A stretch of DNA of 64,000 bases from a virus (IMGVR_UViG_3300046806_000356:1-64000), one strand, 5' to 3'. Counted from the first letter of the stretch, positions 1 to 9,185 are shown. Notes: generated from the sequence alone by a model not told the origin. Numbers and translations: made by a program.

Positions 1-90
1 GAAGAAGTTTTGAGTGATTATGTATTGAATAAGTATTCTGGTATGGAATTTTGGAGAAAGGCAAAACAACCCATCAGTCTTTTCATATAA
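1..90 (+). CDS. 3' end of a truncated ORF, possibly sulfotransferase-family protein
   Basis: Frame 1 reads EEVLSDYVLNKYSGMEFWRKAKQPISLFI*; the 'EEVL..Y...KY..MEFWR' tail resembles C-termini of phage sulfotransferase-like proteins (recollection only). Confidence 0.35.
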   Translation, partial: EEVLSDYVLNKYSGMEFWRKAKQPISLFI

Positions 91-94
91 GTAA

Positions 95-2083
95 ATGACA
101 ATCAATAATAACAATATATTTGGAGCATTTACTCTTAATGAGGCAAGAGGGTCAAGACTGACTGGTGATTGGTTGAATAAAGAATCCGTTGCGAATTATG
201 GTTGGTTTGGTGGTGGTGGAACACCATCATCAGTAGCAACAGTAGACCGTATAGATTTCTCTAATGATTCTGCAACGGCATCACCAAGAGGTTCATTAAG
301 TTCCGCAAGACAGGGATTAACAGCAACAGGAAACTCTAACTATGGATGGTTTGGTGGTGGTGGATTTCCGGGAGTATCAACAGTAGACCGTATAGATTTC
401 TCAAATGATTCTGCAACAGCAACATCAAGAGGTCCATTAAGTTTAGCAAGATTTAGATTAGCAGCAACAGGAAACTCTAACTATGGTTGGTTTGGTGGTG
501 GCCTTATTCCGGGAACACCAACCTTTTCAACAGTAGACCGTATAGATTTCTCAAATGATGCAGCAACAGCATTAGCAAGAGGTCCATTAAGTTCAGGAAG
601 ATATAATATGGGAGCAACAGGAAACTCTAACTATGGTTGGTTTGCTGTTTCCCCAGGTGGAATCTCAACAGTAGATCGTATAGATTTCTCAAATGATGCA
701 TCAATAGCATCAGTTAGAGGTCCATTGAGTTTATCAAGAGGAGCATTAACAGCAACAGGAAACTCTAACTATGGTTGGTTTGGTGGTGGTGACACACCAT
801 CCGGGACAGGACCAATAGAGTATACAGTAGTACAACGTATAGATTTTTCGAATGATTTATCAACAGCATCAATAAGAGGTCCATTAACTTCACCAGGGAG
901 ATCTAATTTAGCAGCAACAGGAAACTCTAATTATGGTTGGTTTGGTGGTGGTCTTTTCTCGACACCAGCCCCACCGCCAACCGGCGCATCAACAACACGA
1001 GTAACATCAGTAGACCGTATAGATTTCTCAAATGATTCTGTAACAGCATCTCCAAGAGGTTCATTAACTTCACCAGCAAGATCTAATTTAGCAGCAACAT
1101 CAGGAGTTCTCAATATTCGCAGACAAAAAGCAGGGAATTATGGTTGGTTTGGTGGTGGATTTGCTCCTTCTCCTATTGGTGGGTCATATTCAACAGTAGA
1201 CCGTATAGATTTCTCAAATGATTCTACAACAGTAGTACGAGGTTCAGTAGTTGCTCCATCAGTTGGAAAATATAATATGTCAGCAACAGGAAACTCTGAC
1301 TATGGTTGGTTCGGTGGTGGATATACAATTCTTCCAACTGTAAGAGTATCATCAGTAAATCGTATAGATTTTTCTAATGATGGTGTAACAGCATCTGTTA
1401 GAGGACCATTACTTACTGTAATAGAGATGTCAGCAGCAACAGGAAACTCAAACTATGGATGGTTTGGTGGTGGAAATAGTCCAGCAACACCATCAAATAT
1501 ATCAAGAGTAGACCGTATAAATTTTTCTAATGACTTAGCAACAGTATCATCAAGAGGTCCATTATTTACAGCAAGACTGCGATCAGCAGCAACAGGAAAC
1601 TCTAATTATGGTTGGTTTGCTGGTGGATATATAAATCCTAATACTGCCGGTAACAGGTTTTCCGCAGTAGACCGTATAGATTTTTCAAATGATTCCGTAC
1701 AGGCATCTCCAAGAGGTGTCTTGACTTTACAAAGATATGCTTTAGCAGCAACAGGAAACTCTAACTATGGTTGGTTTGCTGGTGGTGTTAGTCCATCAAC
1801 AACAGTATCAACAGTAGACCGTATAGATTTCTCTAATGATTCTGTAAGAGCATCACCAAGAGGTCAATTAAATTCTCCAGCAGGAAGATATGATTTAGCA
1901 GCAACAGGAAACTCTAATTATGGTTGGTTTGGTGGTGGTACTGTTCCATCAGCTCCAGTTCTTGTACAAACAGTAGATCGTATAGATTTCTCTAATGATA
2001 ATGCAATAGCATCAAGAAGAGGAGGTTTATTAAGTTCATCAAGAAGTCAATTAGCAGCAACATCAAACACCCCAATAGGATAA
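95..2083 (+). CDS. Kelch-like tandem-repeat protein, 2 x 6-bladed beta-propeller (putative virion/receptor-binding protein)
   Basis: 12 repeats of about 47-55 aa (ATGNSNYGWFGGG-loop-TVDRIDFSND-xxx-RGPLS-xR), in two sets of six separated by linker SGVLNIRRQKAG. Confidence 0.8.
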   Translation: MTINNNNIFGAFTLNEARGSRLTGDWLNKESVANYGWFGGGGTPSSVATVDRIDFSNDSATASPRGSLSSARQGLTATGNSNYGWFGGGGFPGVSTVDRIDFSNDSATATSRGPLSLARFRLAATGNSNYGWFGGGLIPGTPTFSTVDRIDFSNDAATALARGPLSSGRYNMGATGNSNYGWFAVSPGGISTVDRIDFSNDASIASVRGPLSLSRGALTATGNSNYGWFGGGDTPSGTGPIEYTVVQRIDFSNDLSTASIRGPLTSPGRSNLAATGNSNYGWFGGGLFSTPAPPPTGASTTRVTSVDRIDFSNDSVTASPRGSLTSPARSNLAATSGVLNIRRQKAGNYGWFGGGFAPSPIGGSYSTVDRIDFSNDSTTVVRGSVVAPSVGKYNMSATGNSDYGWFGGGYTILPTVRVSSVNRIDFSNDGVTASVRGPLLTVIEMSAATGNSNYGWFGGGNSPATPSNISRVDRINFSNDLATVSSRGPLFTARLRSAATGNSNYGWFAGGYINPNTAGNRFSAVDRIDFSNDSVQASPRGVLTLQRYALAATGNSNYGWFAGGVSPSTTVSTVDRIDFSNDSVRASPRGQLNSPAGRYDLAATGNSNYGWFGGGTVPSAPVLVQTVDRIDFSNDNAIASRRGGLLSSSRSQLAATSNTPIG

Positions 2084-2086
2084 TAT

Positions 2087-3820
2087 ATGAAATCAGGAGC
2101 AAGTGAAAGTTCTTATTTTTTTCTTGAAGAATATTATAAGTTTCCAGAAAACATTATAGTTTCTCATTTACCACAAGAACTTCAACAATCAAATAAACCA
2201 GTCAAATTATTATGGTCGCAACATTCTTACGACCAACCAGTTTATCTTAACTTTGATTTTTCAATTTGTGATTTAATTGTCTCCCCATCCAACTGGTGTA
2301 GAGAGCAGTTTATTAAGTATCATTATATTCCCGAAGATAAAATCGTCACAATTCCAACAGGAGTATCAAAGCAATTCACATACTCATCAAGAAAATCAAA
2401 GACATTTATCTATACTTCCATACCTTATAAAGGTCTTGAAGTATTAGCACAAATCATTCCTCATATTCCAGAGGCAACATTCAAGATTTTCTCTGCGATG
2501 AATCTTTATGATATTGAAGAAGACCCATACACCGAACTTTATGAGTATCTCAAATCACTTCCAAATGTAATCTACTCACCAGCAGTAGACCAGGCAGAAC
2601 TGATAGAGCACTTACAAGACGCAGCATTCTTTATTCATCCCAATATCTGGGAAGAAACATTCTGTGTTTCATTAGCAGAAGCAATGTCTTGTGGATGCTT
2701 TCCAATTCTTACAGATATTGGAGCACTTCCAGAAGTATCAAATGAGATTGCAAACATTGTTCCTATGGAAGGAATAAGAACATCAAAAGGATATGAAGTC
2801 ACAGATAACTTCCTAAATAACTTTATAGATGCCTGTAAATCTGCATTATACTTTTTTGATACTGATAGGCAGTACTACGACCAAATTTCACAATCTGTTT
2901 CACATTATGCTACTGAAACTTATGATTGGAAAAAAATTGCAAACGTTTGGAAACAAACATTAGAACCATTTAATACACAAACTATGACTGAAAATTGCAA
3001 TCAACTGCAAATTATTTCCCCAGAGGAAGCAGTAAATAACGAAGAATATCTAAAACAAGCATTTGATGAAGTGCTTCGTTGGGAAGAAGCAGATAAAGAA
3101 CTCGCACAAGGAAGAACCAATTTCCAGATTGAAAAGTTCTTTCTTTTAGAGCAATACACAGTTCCAGCAGCATTCCAGGCAGCAATTAAGAATCGTCGTA
3201 TTCTTGCCGAAGGTTATATGCAGAAACTGATTGAGATGAAAGAGAAGGTTCGTGAGTTTGAGTATCGTTGGAAAGATAAGAATACTGATGAACCTGTAGA
3301 GTGGCACACTTCTGGACCTGGTGGTGGATCAACAAAACTCTACTGGCACGATTTGGATTCAATTTCAACTCAAAACTACTTGAAGTCTTGTGAGTTAGAG
3401 ATTCGTGACCGCATTCAGCAAATGAATTTCTTTGATAAAATTATTAATCGTTTGATTGAACTGAATGGTGGTAAGACAGTCACCAAAGAACAGTTTGAGA
3501 ATGAGGACCATATCTATTGGGAACGCAGATTCGCAGAGCAATCTCTGGATGAAATGGTAAGTTCCAAGACTGGTATTAGTATCGGTAATCTTCACTCAAT
3601 GAGAAGAGGAACTGCTCCTACATTAGTCAGTGATGATACGAATCGCATTAAGAATGGTTATGGTGCTCTTGCCGATGCGATTAATGACCCTGATAAGTTC
3701 TTGAATACACTGCAAGAGAAAGTTCTTCGTGGTATTGAAGAAGTGACGAATACTGATTTAGGTTTGCTTGCACCTGGAACCGAACAACATCAACAACTTT
3801 TAGAATCCAGAAACTCATAA
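2087..3820 (+). CDS. GT4/GT-B family glycosyltransferase fused to a C-terminal helical domain
   Basis: YTSIPYKGL and HPNIWEETFCVSLAEAMSCG (ExFxxxxxEAM) motifs; about 280-aa helical C-terminal domain starting near M300. Confidence 0.85.
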   Translation: MKSGASESSYFFLEEYYKFPENIIVSHLPQELQQSNKPVKLLWSQHSYDQPVYLNFDFSICDLIVSPSNWCREQFIKYHYIPEDKIVTIPTGVSKQFTYSSRKSKTFIYTSIPYKGLEVLAQIIPHIPEATFKIFSAMNLYDIEEDPYTELYEYLKSLPNVIYSPAVDQAELIEHLQDAAFFIHPNIWEETFCVSLAEAMSCGCFPILTDIGALPEVSNEIANIVPMEGIRTSKGYEVTDNFLNNFIDACKSALYFFDTDRQYYDQISQSVSHYATETYDWKKIANVWKQTLEPFNTQTMTENCNQLQIISPEEAVNNEEYLKQAFDEVLRWEEADKELAQGRTNFQIEKFFLLEQYTVPAAFQAAIKNRRILAEGYMQKLIEMKEKVREFEYRWKDKNTDEPVEWHTSGPGGGSTKLYWHDLDSISTQNYLKSCELEIRDRIQQMNFFDKIINRLIELNGGKTVTKEQFENEDHIYWERRFAEQSLDEMVSSKTGISIGNLHSMRRGTAPTLVSDDTNRIKNGYGALADAINDPDKFLNTLQEKVLRGIEEVTNTDLGLLAPGTEQHQQLLESRNS

Positions 3821-3831
3821 GGAGAAAGTAG

Positions 3832-6018
3832 ATGCCAGCAGGAGACGTATTTGGTCTTGATGGATTTTTTCTAAACGTATCAAATCCCATTACGGTTTCT
3901 GCTGTAGATATTAATTCTACTGCTGTAGGTGCTGGTATTACTGTTGTGAGTGGAATTTTAGGTTCTACCGGCATTGCAACTCTTACTCTTTCAACTGCTG
4001 CTGGTCTTTCTACGACACCTTTTTATACTGGTGCAAAGATTGCAGTTTCTGGTCTTTCTACTGCTGGTGCTGCATACACTGGATATAATGGAAATTTTGT
4101 AGTCACAGGATTTGGAGGAACTACAACAGTTTCTTATGCGACTACTGGTTATGTTGGTTCTGTAACTGCAAGTATTGCAGATCAAACTGGTTTGGTAATG
4201 TTAGTGACTGATACGACAGTTACAAATACCACTTGGAGTAGTGCTCAAACTCACGGTTGGTTTGGTGGTGGCATTGCTCCAGGAGCAGTATCAACAGTAG
4301 ACCGCATAGATTTCTCCAATGATACTGGAATTGCAAATATACGAGGTCCATTAAGTTCCACAAGATATAGACCAGCAGCAACAGGAAACTCCAATTATGG
4401 TTGGTTTGGTGGTGGTTATAATCGTTCTACAGTAGATCGTATAGATTTTTCTAATGATAATGCAACAGCATCACCAAGAGGTTCATTAAGTCGAGCAAGA
4501 AATTCTTTAGCAGCAACAGGAAACTCTAACTATGGTTGGTTTGGTGGTGGAACTATTCCAATAGTATCAACAGTAGAACGTATAGATTTTTCAAATGATT
4601 CTGGAACAGCATTACCAAGAAGTCCATTATTTGCATCAAGATATAGATTAGCAGCAACAGGAAACTCTAACTATGGTTGGTTTGGTGGTGGTGGTCCTGG
4701 ACCAGTAGCAACAGTAGACCGTATAGATTTTTCAAATGATTCTACAACAGCATCACCAAGAGGTCCATTAAGTGGTGTAAGAAGGCATTTGGCAGCAACA
4801 GGAAACTCCAATTTTGGTTGGTTTGGTGGTGGAACAACAACAGGAACATCAGGAACATTAACCATAGATCGTATAGATTTCTCTAATGATAATGCAACAG
4901 CAGCACCAAGAGGTTCATTAAGTTCTGCAAGATATAAACATTCCGCAACAGGAAACTCTAACTATGGTTGGTTTGGTGGTGGCACTCCAGGTTCAGGTTT
5001 TTCTTCAATAGTAGATCGTATAGATTTCTCCAATGATTCTGTATCAGCATCAGTTAGAGGTCCATTAAGTTCTCCAGGAGGAAGAGCAGAATTAGCATCA
5101 ACATCAGGACAAGCAAGGTCTTCAAGTATTCGTCTACAAAAAACGGGGAATTATGGTTGGTTTGGTGGTGGTCGCATACCATCAGTAGTAGCAACAGTAG
5201 AACGTATAGATTTCTCTAATGATACTTCAACAGCATCAGTAAAAGGACCATTAAGTGCAGCAAGAGCATATTTTGCAGCAACAGGAAATTCTAACTATGG
5301 TTGGTTTGGTGGTGGATTTCCAGCAGTAGCAACAGTAGACCGTATAGATTTCTCAAATGATTCCTCAACAGCATCAGTAAGAGGTCCATTAAGTTTAGCA
5401 AGATATGGTTTAGCAGCAACAGGAAACTCTAACTATGGTTGGTTTGGTGGTGGAGGTCCGGGACCATTAGCAACAATAGACCGTATAAATTTCTCAAATG
5501 ATTCCTCAACAGCATCACCAAGAGGTCCACTATTTACTGCAAGAACTGCTACATCAGCAACAGGAAACTCTAACTATGGATGGTTTGGTGGTGGAGGTCC
5601 GGGACCATTAGAAACAGTAGACCGTATAAATTTCTCTAATGATTCTGTAACAGCATCACCAAGAGGTCCATTAACTGCCGCAAAATCATATTTAGCAGCA
5701 ACAGGAAACTCTAATTATGGTTGGTTTGGTGGTGGTAAAACTCCATCAGTAGTAGCAACAGTAGACCGTATAGATTTTTCTAATGATGGTGTAACAGCAT
5801 CTGTTAGAGGACCATTAAGTTCTGCAAGAGGATATTTAGCAGCAACAGGAAACTCTAATTATGGTTGGTTTGGTGGTGGTTATAGTCCCTCAGCTCCAAC
5901 ACGAAAAAATACAGTAGACCGTATAGATTTCTCTAATGATTCTGTAACAGCATCACCAAGAGGTCCATTATTTACTGCAAGAAATTCTCACGCAGCAACC
6001 TCCAACACTCCAACATAA
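3832..6018 (+). CDS. Second Kelch-like 2 x 6-bladed beta-propeller protein with N-terminal beta-rich anchor domain
   Basis: About 140-aa T/G-rich N-domain, then 12 repeats of the same consensus as 95..2083; AGGAG RBS upstream. Confidence 0.8.
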   Translation: MPAGDVFGLDGFFLNVSNPITVSAVDINSTAVGAGITVVSGILGSTGIATLTLSTAAGLSTTPFYTGAKIAVSGLSTAGAAYTGYNGNFVVTGFGGTTTVSYATTGYVGSVTASIADQTGLVMLVTDTTVTNTTWSSAQTHGWFGGGIAPGAVSTVDRIDFSNDTGIANIRGPLSSTRYRPAATGNSNYGWFGGGYNRSTVDRIDFSNDNATASPRGSLSRARNSLAATGNSNYGWFGGGTIPIVSTVERIDFSNDSGTALPRSPLFASRYRLAATGNSNYGWFGGGGPGPVATVDRIDFSNDSTTASPRGPLSGVRRHLAATGNSNFGWFGGGTTTGTSGTLTIDRIDFSNDNATAAPRGSLSSARYKHSATGNSNYGWFGGGTPGSGFSSIVDRIDFSNDSVSASVRGPLSSPGGRAELASTSGQARSSSIRLQKTGNYGWFGGGRIPSVVATVERIDFSNDTSTASVKGPLSAARAYFAATGNSNYGWFGGGFPAVATVDRIDFSNDSSTASVRGPLSLARYGLAATGNSNYGWFGGGGPGPLATIDRINFSNDSSTASPRGPLFTARTATSATGNSNYGWFGGGGPGPLETVDRINFSNDSVTASPRGPLTAAKSYLAATGNSNYGWFGGGKTPSVVATVDRIDFSNDGVTASVRGPLSSARGYLAATGNSNYGWFGGGYSPSAPTRKNTVDRIDFSNDSVTASPRGPLFTARNSHAATSNTPT

Positions 6019-6042
6019 ATACTTTCAACTACATTATTACTA

Positions 6043-6693
6043 ATGAATTTATTATCCAAAGTTTTGATTGCACCAAAAGTCATCAGTCAAGAAGGTATTG
6101 ATGCTCTGGTAAATCATATGAAAACTTCAAGAACAGAAGACCTTTCAGTATTTGACCCAGACAAATCCAATCAGACACGAGGAACTGAATGGATTACTGA
6201 TAAGAGAACAAGAGATACTCAAATTGCACCAATTGAACCTGTATTTCCACAGGTCAATGAACTGATGCATCATATTGTAAAGCAAGTCATCAACCCTTTT
6301 TATCAGTTTGAAGTGGATAGTAGTGAGGTTCCACAACTTCTTTGTTATGATGTAGGAGGACACTACCAACCTCATATTGATGGTGAAGGTGTATGGACTG
6401 CACCAGACCAAACACAACTGTGGAGAAAAACAGTAGACCGTGATTTGTCTATGGTCTTATATTTGAATAATGAATTTGAAGGTGGAGATTTTGTATTTCC
6501 AGACCTTCATATTCGTGTTCGTCCTGAACCTGGACTTCTTGTATGTTTCCCTTCCAATCGTTATTATAGACACGGTGTAGAACCAGTCACCAAAGGAAAC
6601 AGATATTCAATGGTGACCTGGATGACGGTTAAAGGCTTTGAGAGTATGGAAATACAGTCCAATAATCTCAAATCTAAATATGGTGTATGCTAA
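6043..6693 (+). CDS. 2OG-Fe(II) oxygenase, prolyl 4-hydroxylase-like
   Basis: HID...YLN..FEGG.F...HGVEPV..G.RYS motif set; ATAAATA late promoter at 6015-6021. Confidence 0.9.
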   Translation: MNLLSKVLIAPKVISQEGIDALVNHMKTSRTEDLSVFDPDKSNQTRGTEWITDKRTRDTQIAPIEPVFPQVNELMHHIVKQVINPFYQFEVDSSEVPQLLCYDVGGHYQPHIDGEGVWTAPDQTQLWRKTVDRDLSMVLYLNNEFEGGDFVFPDLHIRVRPEPGLLVCFPSNRYYRHGVEPVTKGNRYSMVTWMTVKGFESMEIQSNNLKSKYGVC

Positions 6694-6699
6694 AAAATT

Positions 6700-7389
6700 A
6701 TGATTACTTATACTTGGAGTATTTCTAAATTAGACTGTGCTCCATCAGAAAATGGATTGATGGATGTTGTTAAAATTATTCACTGGAGTCTTACGGGAGT
6801 AGATGAGAATGGAATCTCAGCATCTATGAGTAATTCTTATCCTCTTTCATCACCAAGTCCAGAAGCATTTACCGATTATTCAACTCTCACAAAAGAAACT
6901 GTGATTAGTTGGTTAGAAAGCAACCTTGATGTTGGATACTTACAAACATATCTTGCAAATGAGATTGCAAGTAAGTATAATCCACCTATCGCATCATTAC
7001 CTCTTCCTTGGATAAAAGTAGAAGAACCTGTTGTAGTAGAGGAAGTAGTAACTGAAGAAGTTGTTGAAGAACCAGTAGTAACTGAAGAACCAGTAGAGGT
7101 AGTTGTTGAAGAACCAGTAGAGGTAGTTGTTGAAGAACCAGTAGTAACTGAAGAACCAGTAGAGGTAGTTGTTGAAGAACCAGTAGTAACTGAAGAACCA
7201 GTAGAGGTAGTTGTTGAAGAACCAGTAGAAGTAGTTGTTGAAGAACCTGAACCTGAACCTGAACCTATAGAACAAACATTAGAAGAAAAGATTGCTGATG
7301 GTTATAATCCTGATGCAAGAGATGGTGATGGAGATGGAATCGTTCAGGAAGGAACGAAGTGGGAAAGACCAGTTGACACTCAAATGTAA
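6700..7389 (+). CDS. Hypothetical (virion-associated) protein with acidic VVEEP repeats and DxDxDG motif
   Basis: N-terminal phage-type domain (TYTWSI...WSLTG...), EEPVEVVV/EEPVVT repeats, DARDGDGDG. Confidence 0.7.
   Translation: MITYTWSISKLDCAPSENGLMDVVKIIHWSLTGVDENGISASMSNSYPLSSPSPEAFTDYSTLTKETVISWLESNLDVGYLQTYLANEIASKYNPPIASLPLPWIKVEEPVVVEEVVTEEVVEEPVVTEEPVEVVVEEPVEVVVEEPVVTEEPVEVVVEEPVVTEEPVEVVVEEPVEVVVEEPEPEPEPIEQTLEEKIADGYNPDARDGDGDGIVQEGTKWERPVDTQM
7021..7270 (+). repeat. Coding tandem repeats (GAAGAACCAGTAGAGGTAGTTGTT / GAAGAACCAGTAGTAACT; GAACCT runs)
   Basis: Directly visible. Confidence 0.9.
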
Positions 7390-7401
7390 ATGCTGTATAA
7401 T
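7373..7401 (+). promoter_or_regulatory. Consensus sigma70-type promoter
   Basis: TTGACA(7373)-17 bp-TATAAT(7396). Confidence 0.85.
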
Positions 7402-7407
7402 ATAGAT

Positions 7408-7510
7408 GTCTTGATGAATTCTCTGTGACTTCGAGAACCAAGACCTTCTTCTGTGGTGGGAAGAAGTGAGTTGGTGGTATAATAGAGAGGAGAGAAATCT
7501 CCTCTTTTTT
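7408..7510 (+). ncRNA. Candidate ~100-nt small RNA
   Basis: Begins 7 nt after -10 box; stems GTCTTG/CAAGAC, TTCTC/GAGAA, CTTCTTC/GAAGAAG; ends at intrinsic terminator; no convincing ORF. Confidence 0.6.
7486..7510 (+). terminator. Rho-independent terminator
   Basis: AGAGGAGA-GAAA-TCTCCTCT followed by T run. Confidence 0.85.
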
Positions 7511-7542
7511 CTTATATAAATTATTACAGATATTAAACAATT

Positions 7543-7779
7543 ATGAATTTTACCGTTTATTCCAAACAAGATTGTCCATATTGCTATAAAGTCAAACAAG
7601 TTCTTGAGTTGACAGGAAACAAGTTTGTAGTGTATACTTTAGATGATGACTTTACCAAAGATGAGTTTTATTCGAAGTTTGGTGAAGGTTCTACATTCCC
7701 ACAAGTATTATGTGATGATGTAAAACTTGGTGGTTGTGTGGATACCGTTAAATTTCTTAAAGAAAAACAAATTGCTTAA
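7543..7779 (+). CDS. nrdC: Glutaredoxin
   Basis: CPYC active site, TFPQV, GG motif. Confidence 0.9.
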   Translation: MNFTVYSKQDCPYCYKVKQVLELTGNKFVVYTLDDDFTKDEFYSKFGEGSTFPQVLCDDVKLGGCVDTVKFLKEKQIA

Positions 7780-7810
7780 TTCAAACCTAAATAAATCGGA
7801 AGACCACGGT

Positions 7811-7957
7811 ATGAATCGTGGTGTTGAACTTATACTTAATGGGAGAAGGAGAAAGCAGACTAAACCATTCCATATCATCTTTGAGAAGATGGTTTGCTTT
7901 CTCAATCGAGAGACTACCATCTATTTTGAATTTTCCTTTATATTAAGGAAAAAGTAG
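7811..7957 (+). CDS. Small hypothetical protein
   Basis: MNRGVELILNGRRRK..., downstream of CTAAATA late-promoter motif (~7787). Confidence 0.5.
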   Translation: MNRGVELILNGRRRKQTKPFHIIFEKMVCFLNRETTIYFEFSFILRKK

Positions 7958-7974
7958 TTTCCCGGAGAAAAAAA

Positions 7975-8199
7975 ATGTTAGCAGTTAGCCTAGTATTCGG
8001 TTCATTTTTAACCGTATTATTTCTTATAGTGGGACTTGTAACAGGTTGGGTGGTCAGAGAGTATATGATGAACTATCGGGAGATTCCAAGACCTCATCCT
8101 GAGATGTTTGATCAGAAGGGAAATCTTATACCAGACGAAGTAATTGCATTTAATTTTGAAAACTATCATGACTACGACGACACAGACGACGACGACTAA
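7975..8199 (+). CDS. Small membrane protein (cyanophage hypothetical)
   Basis: N-terminal TM helix, HPEMFD motif, GGAG RBS. Confidence 0.7.
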   Translation: MLAVSLVFGSFLTVLFLIVGLVTGWVVREYMMNYREIPRPHPEMFDQKGNLIPDEVIAFNFENYHDYDDTDDDD

Positions 8200-8782
8200 G
8201 CAAAAAGCATCTAATACCGCAACAAAAACTACAAAAACGATTGCGGTTGATAGTTTGCCTAATAATCCACTAACTTTTGAAATTTTTGATTTAGTTTCAA
8301 GACAGAGATCAAAAGAAAAAAAAGTAGAAGTGCTTCAAAAATATGATCACGATTCAATTCGATCTCTTTTAATTTGGAATTTTGATGAATCAATAATTGC
8401 CATGCTTCCGGAAGGTGCTGTCCCCTATTCTGGATATGACGATCAGACAACTTATAGTGGAACTCTTTCAACAAAAATCACCGAAGAGATTCGTTCTATG
8501 TATGAATCTGGTTCATTCTCTTTAGGTGTGTCTGACATTCAAGGAAGAACGACAATTCGTAAGGAATACAAACATTTTTACCATTTCATTAAAGGTGGTA
8601 ATGATGGTATAACTTCTATTCGTCGTGAAACAATGTTTATTAATCTCCTTGAAGGTCTCCATCCTCTTGAAGCAGAAATTATTTGTCTTGTTAAGGATAA
8701 AAAGTTGAGTGACAAATACAAAATTACGAAAGAAGTCGTTTCGGAAGCTTTCCCCCAAATTGTTTGGGGAGGACGTTCATGA
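8168..8782 (+). CDS. T4-like phage hypothetical protein
   Basis: RRETMFINLLEGLHPLEAE motif typical of T4-like marine/freshwater phages; ATG at 8168. Confidence 0.75.
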   Translation: MTTTTQTTTTKQKASNTATKTTKTIAVDSLPNNPLTFEIFDLVSRQRSKEKKVEVLQKYDHDSIRSLLIWNFDESIIAMLPEGAVPYSGYDDQTTYSGTLSTKITEEIRSMYESGSFSLGVSDIQGRTTIRKEYKHFYHFIKGGNDGITSIRRETMFINLLEGLHPLEAEIICLVKDKKLSDKYKITKEVVSEAFPQIVWGGRS

Positions 8783-9123
8783 ATCAAGTTATTGATGAGA
8801 CGCAAAACATAGAAAAGCATATGAATCATTGGACACCATCAGAAAAAGAAACTTGTAAATCACGATACGGTTGCGACATCTTAATCGAAAATGGTTCGTA
8901 TGCTGATGTAAGTACTAAAGAAGCACCGAACGATGCTCGCATCATCAAGTACCTTGTAGAGGATAAAATTTGTTTTGATCTCACCAGAGGAACGAAAACA
9001 CGTTTATTCGACATGTACTGGGATAAGTTTCGTGAAAACTTGAAGGATATTGCTTTTGGATACGGTAGACACAATCCAAATACCTGGGGTTATCAAGCAC
9101 CTAAAACTAAAAAACGCAAGTAA
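8779..9123 (+). CDS. Cyanophage hypothetical protein
   Basis: Overlapping ATGA junction; FDMYWDK...GYG motif. Confidence 0.65.
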   Translation: MNQVIDETQNIEKHMNHWTPSEKETCKSRYGCDILIENGSYADVSTKEAPNDARIIKYLVEDKICFDLTRGTKTRLFDMYWDKFRENLKDIAFGYGRHNPNTWGYQAPKTKKRK

Positions 9124-9185
9124 TTCCCAAAATAGTCGGAAAAAATCCCCCCAAAATTTTCTCACGTGAAGGTTTTTTCAAAAAA

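Noticed and set aside
95-6018. Repeat-spacer-like pattern suggesting a CRISPR array
   Set aside because: Repeats are in-frame parts of long ORFs with ~140-165 bp period and two constant blocks per unit; no cas operon
95-6018. Diversity-generating retroelement
   Set aside because: No reverse transcriptase or TR/VR pair in the window; variation includes indels and is not adenine-specific
6997-7599. Minus-strand ORFs (FFNNY repeats; 7265..7540; 7279..7599)
   Set aside because: Antisense shadows of the VVEEP repeats and the promoter/sRNA/terminator unit
9124-9185. A/T-tract-rich intergenic stretch as a replication origin or packaging site
   Set aside because: No iterons or other supporting signal visible
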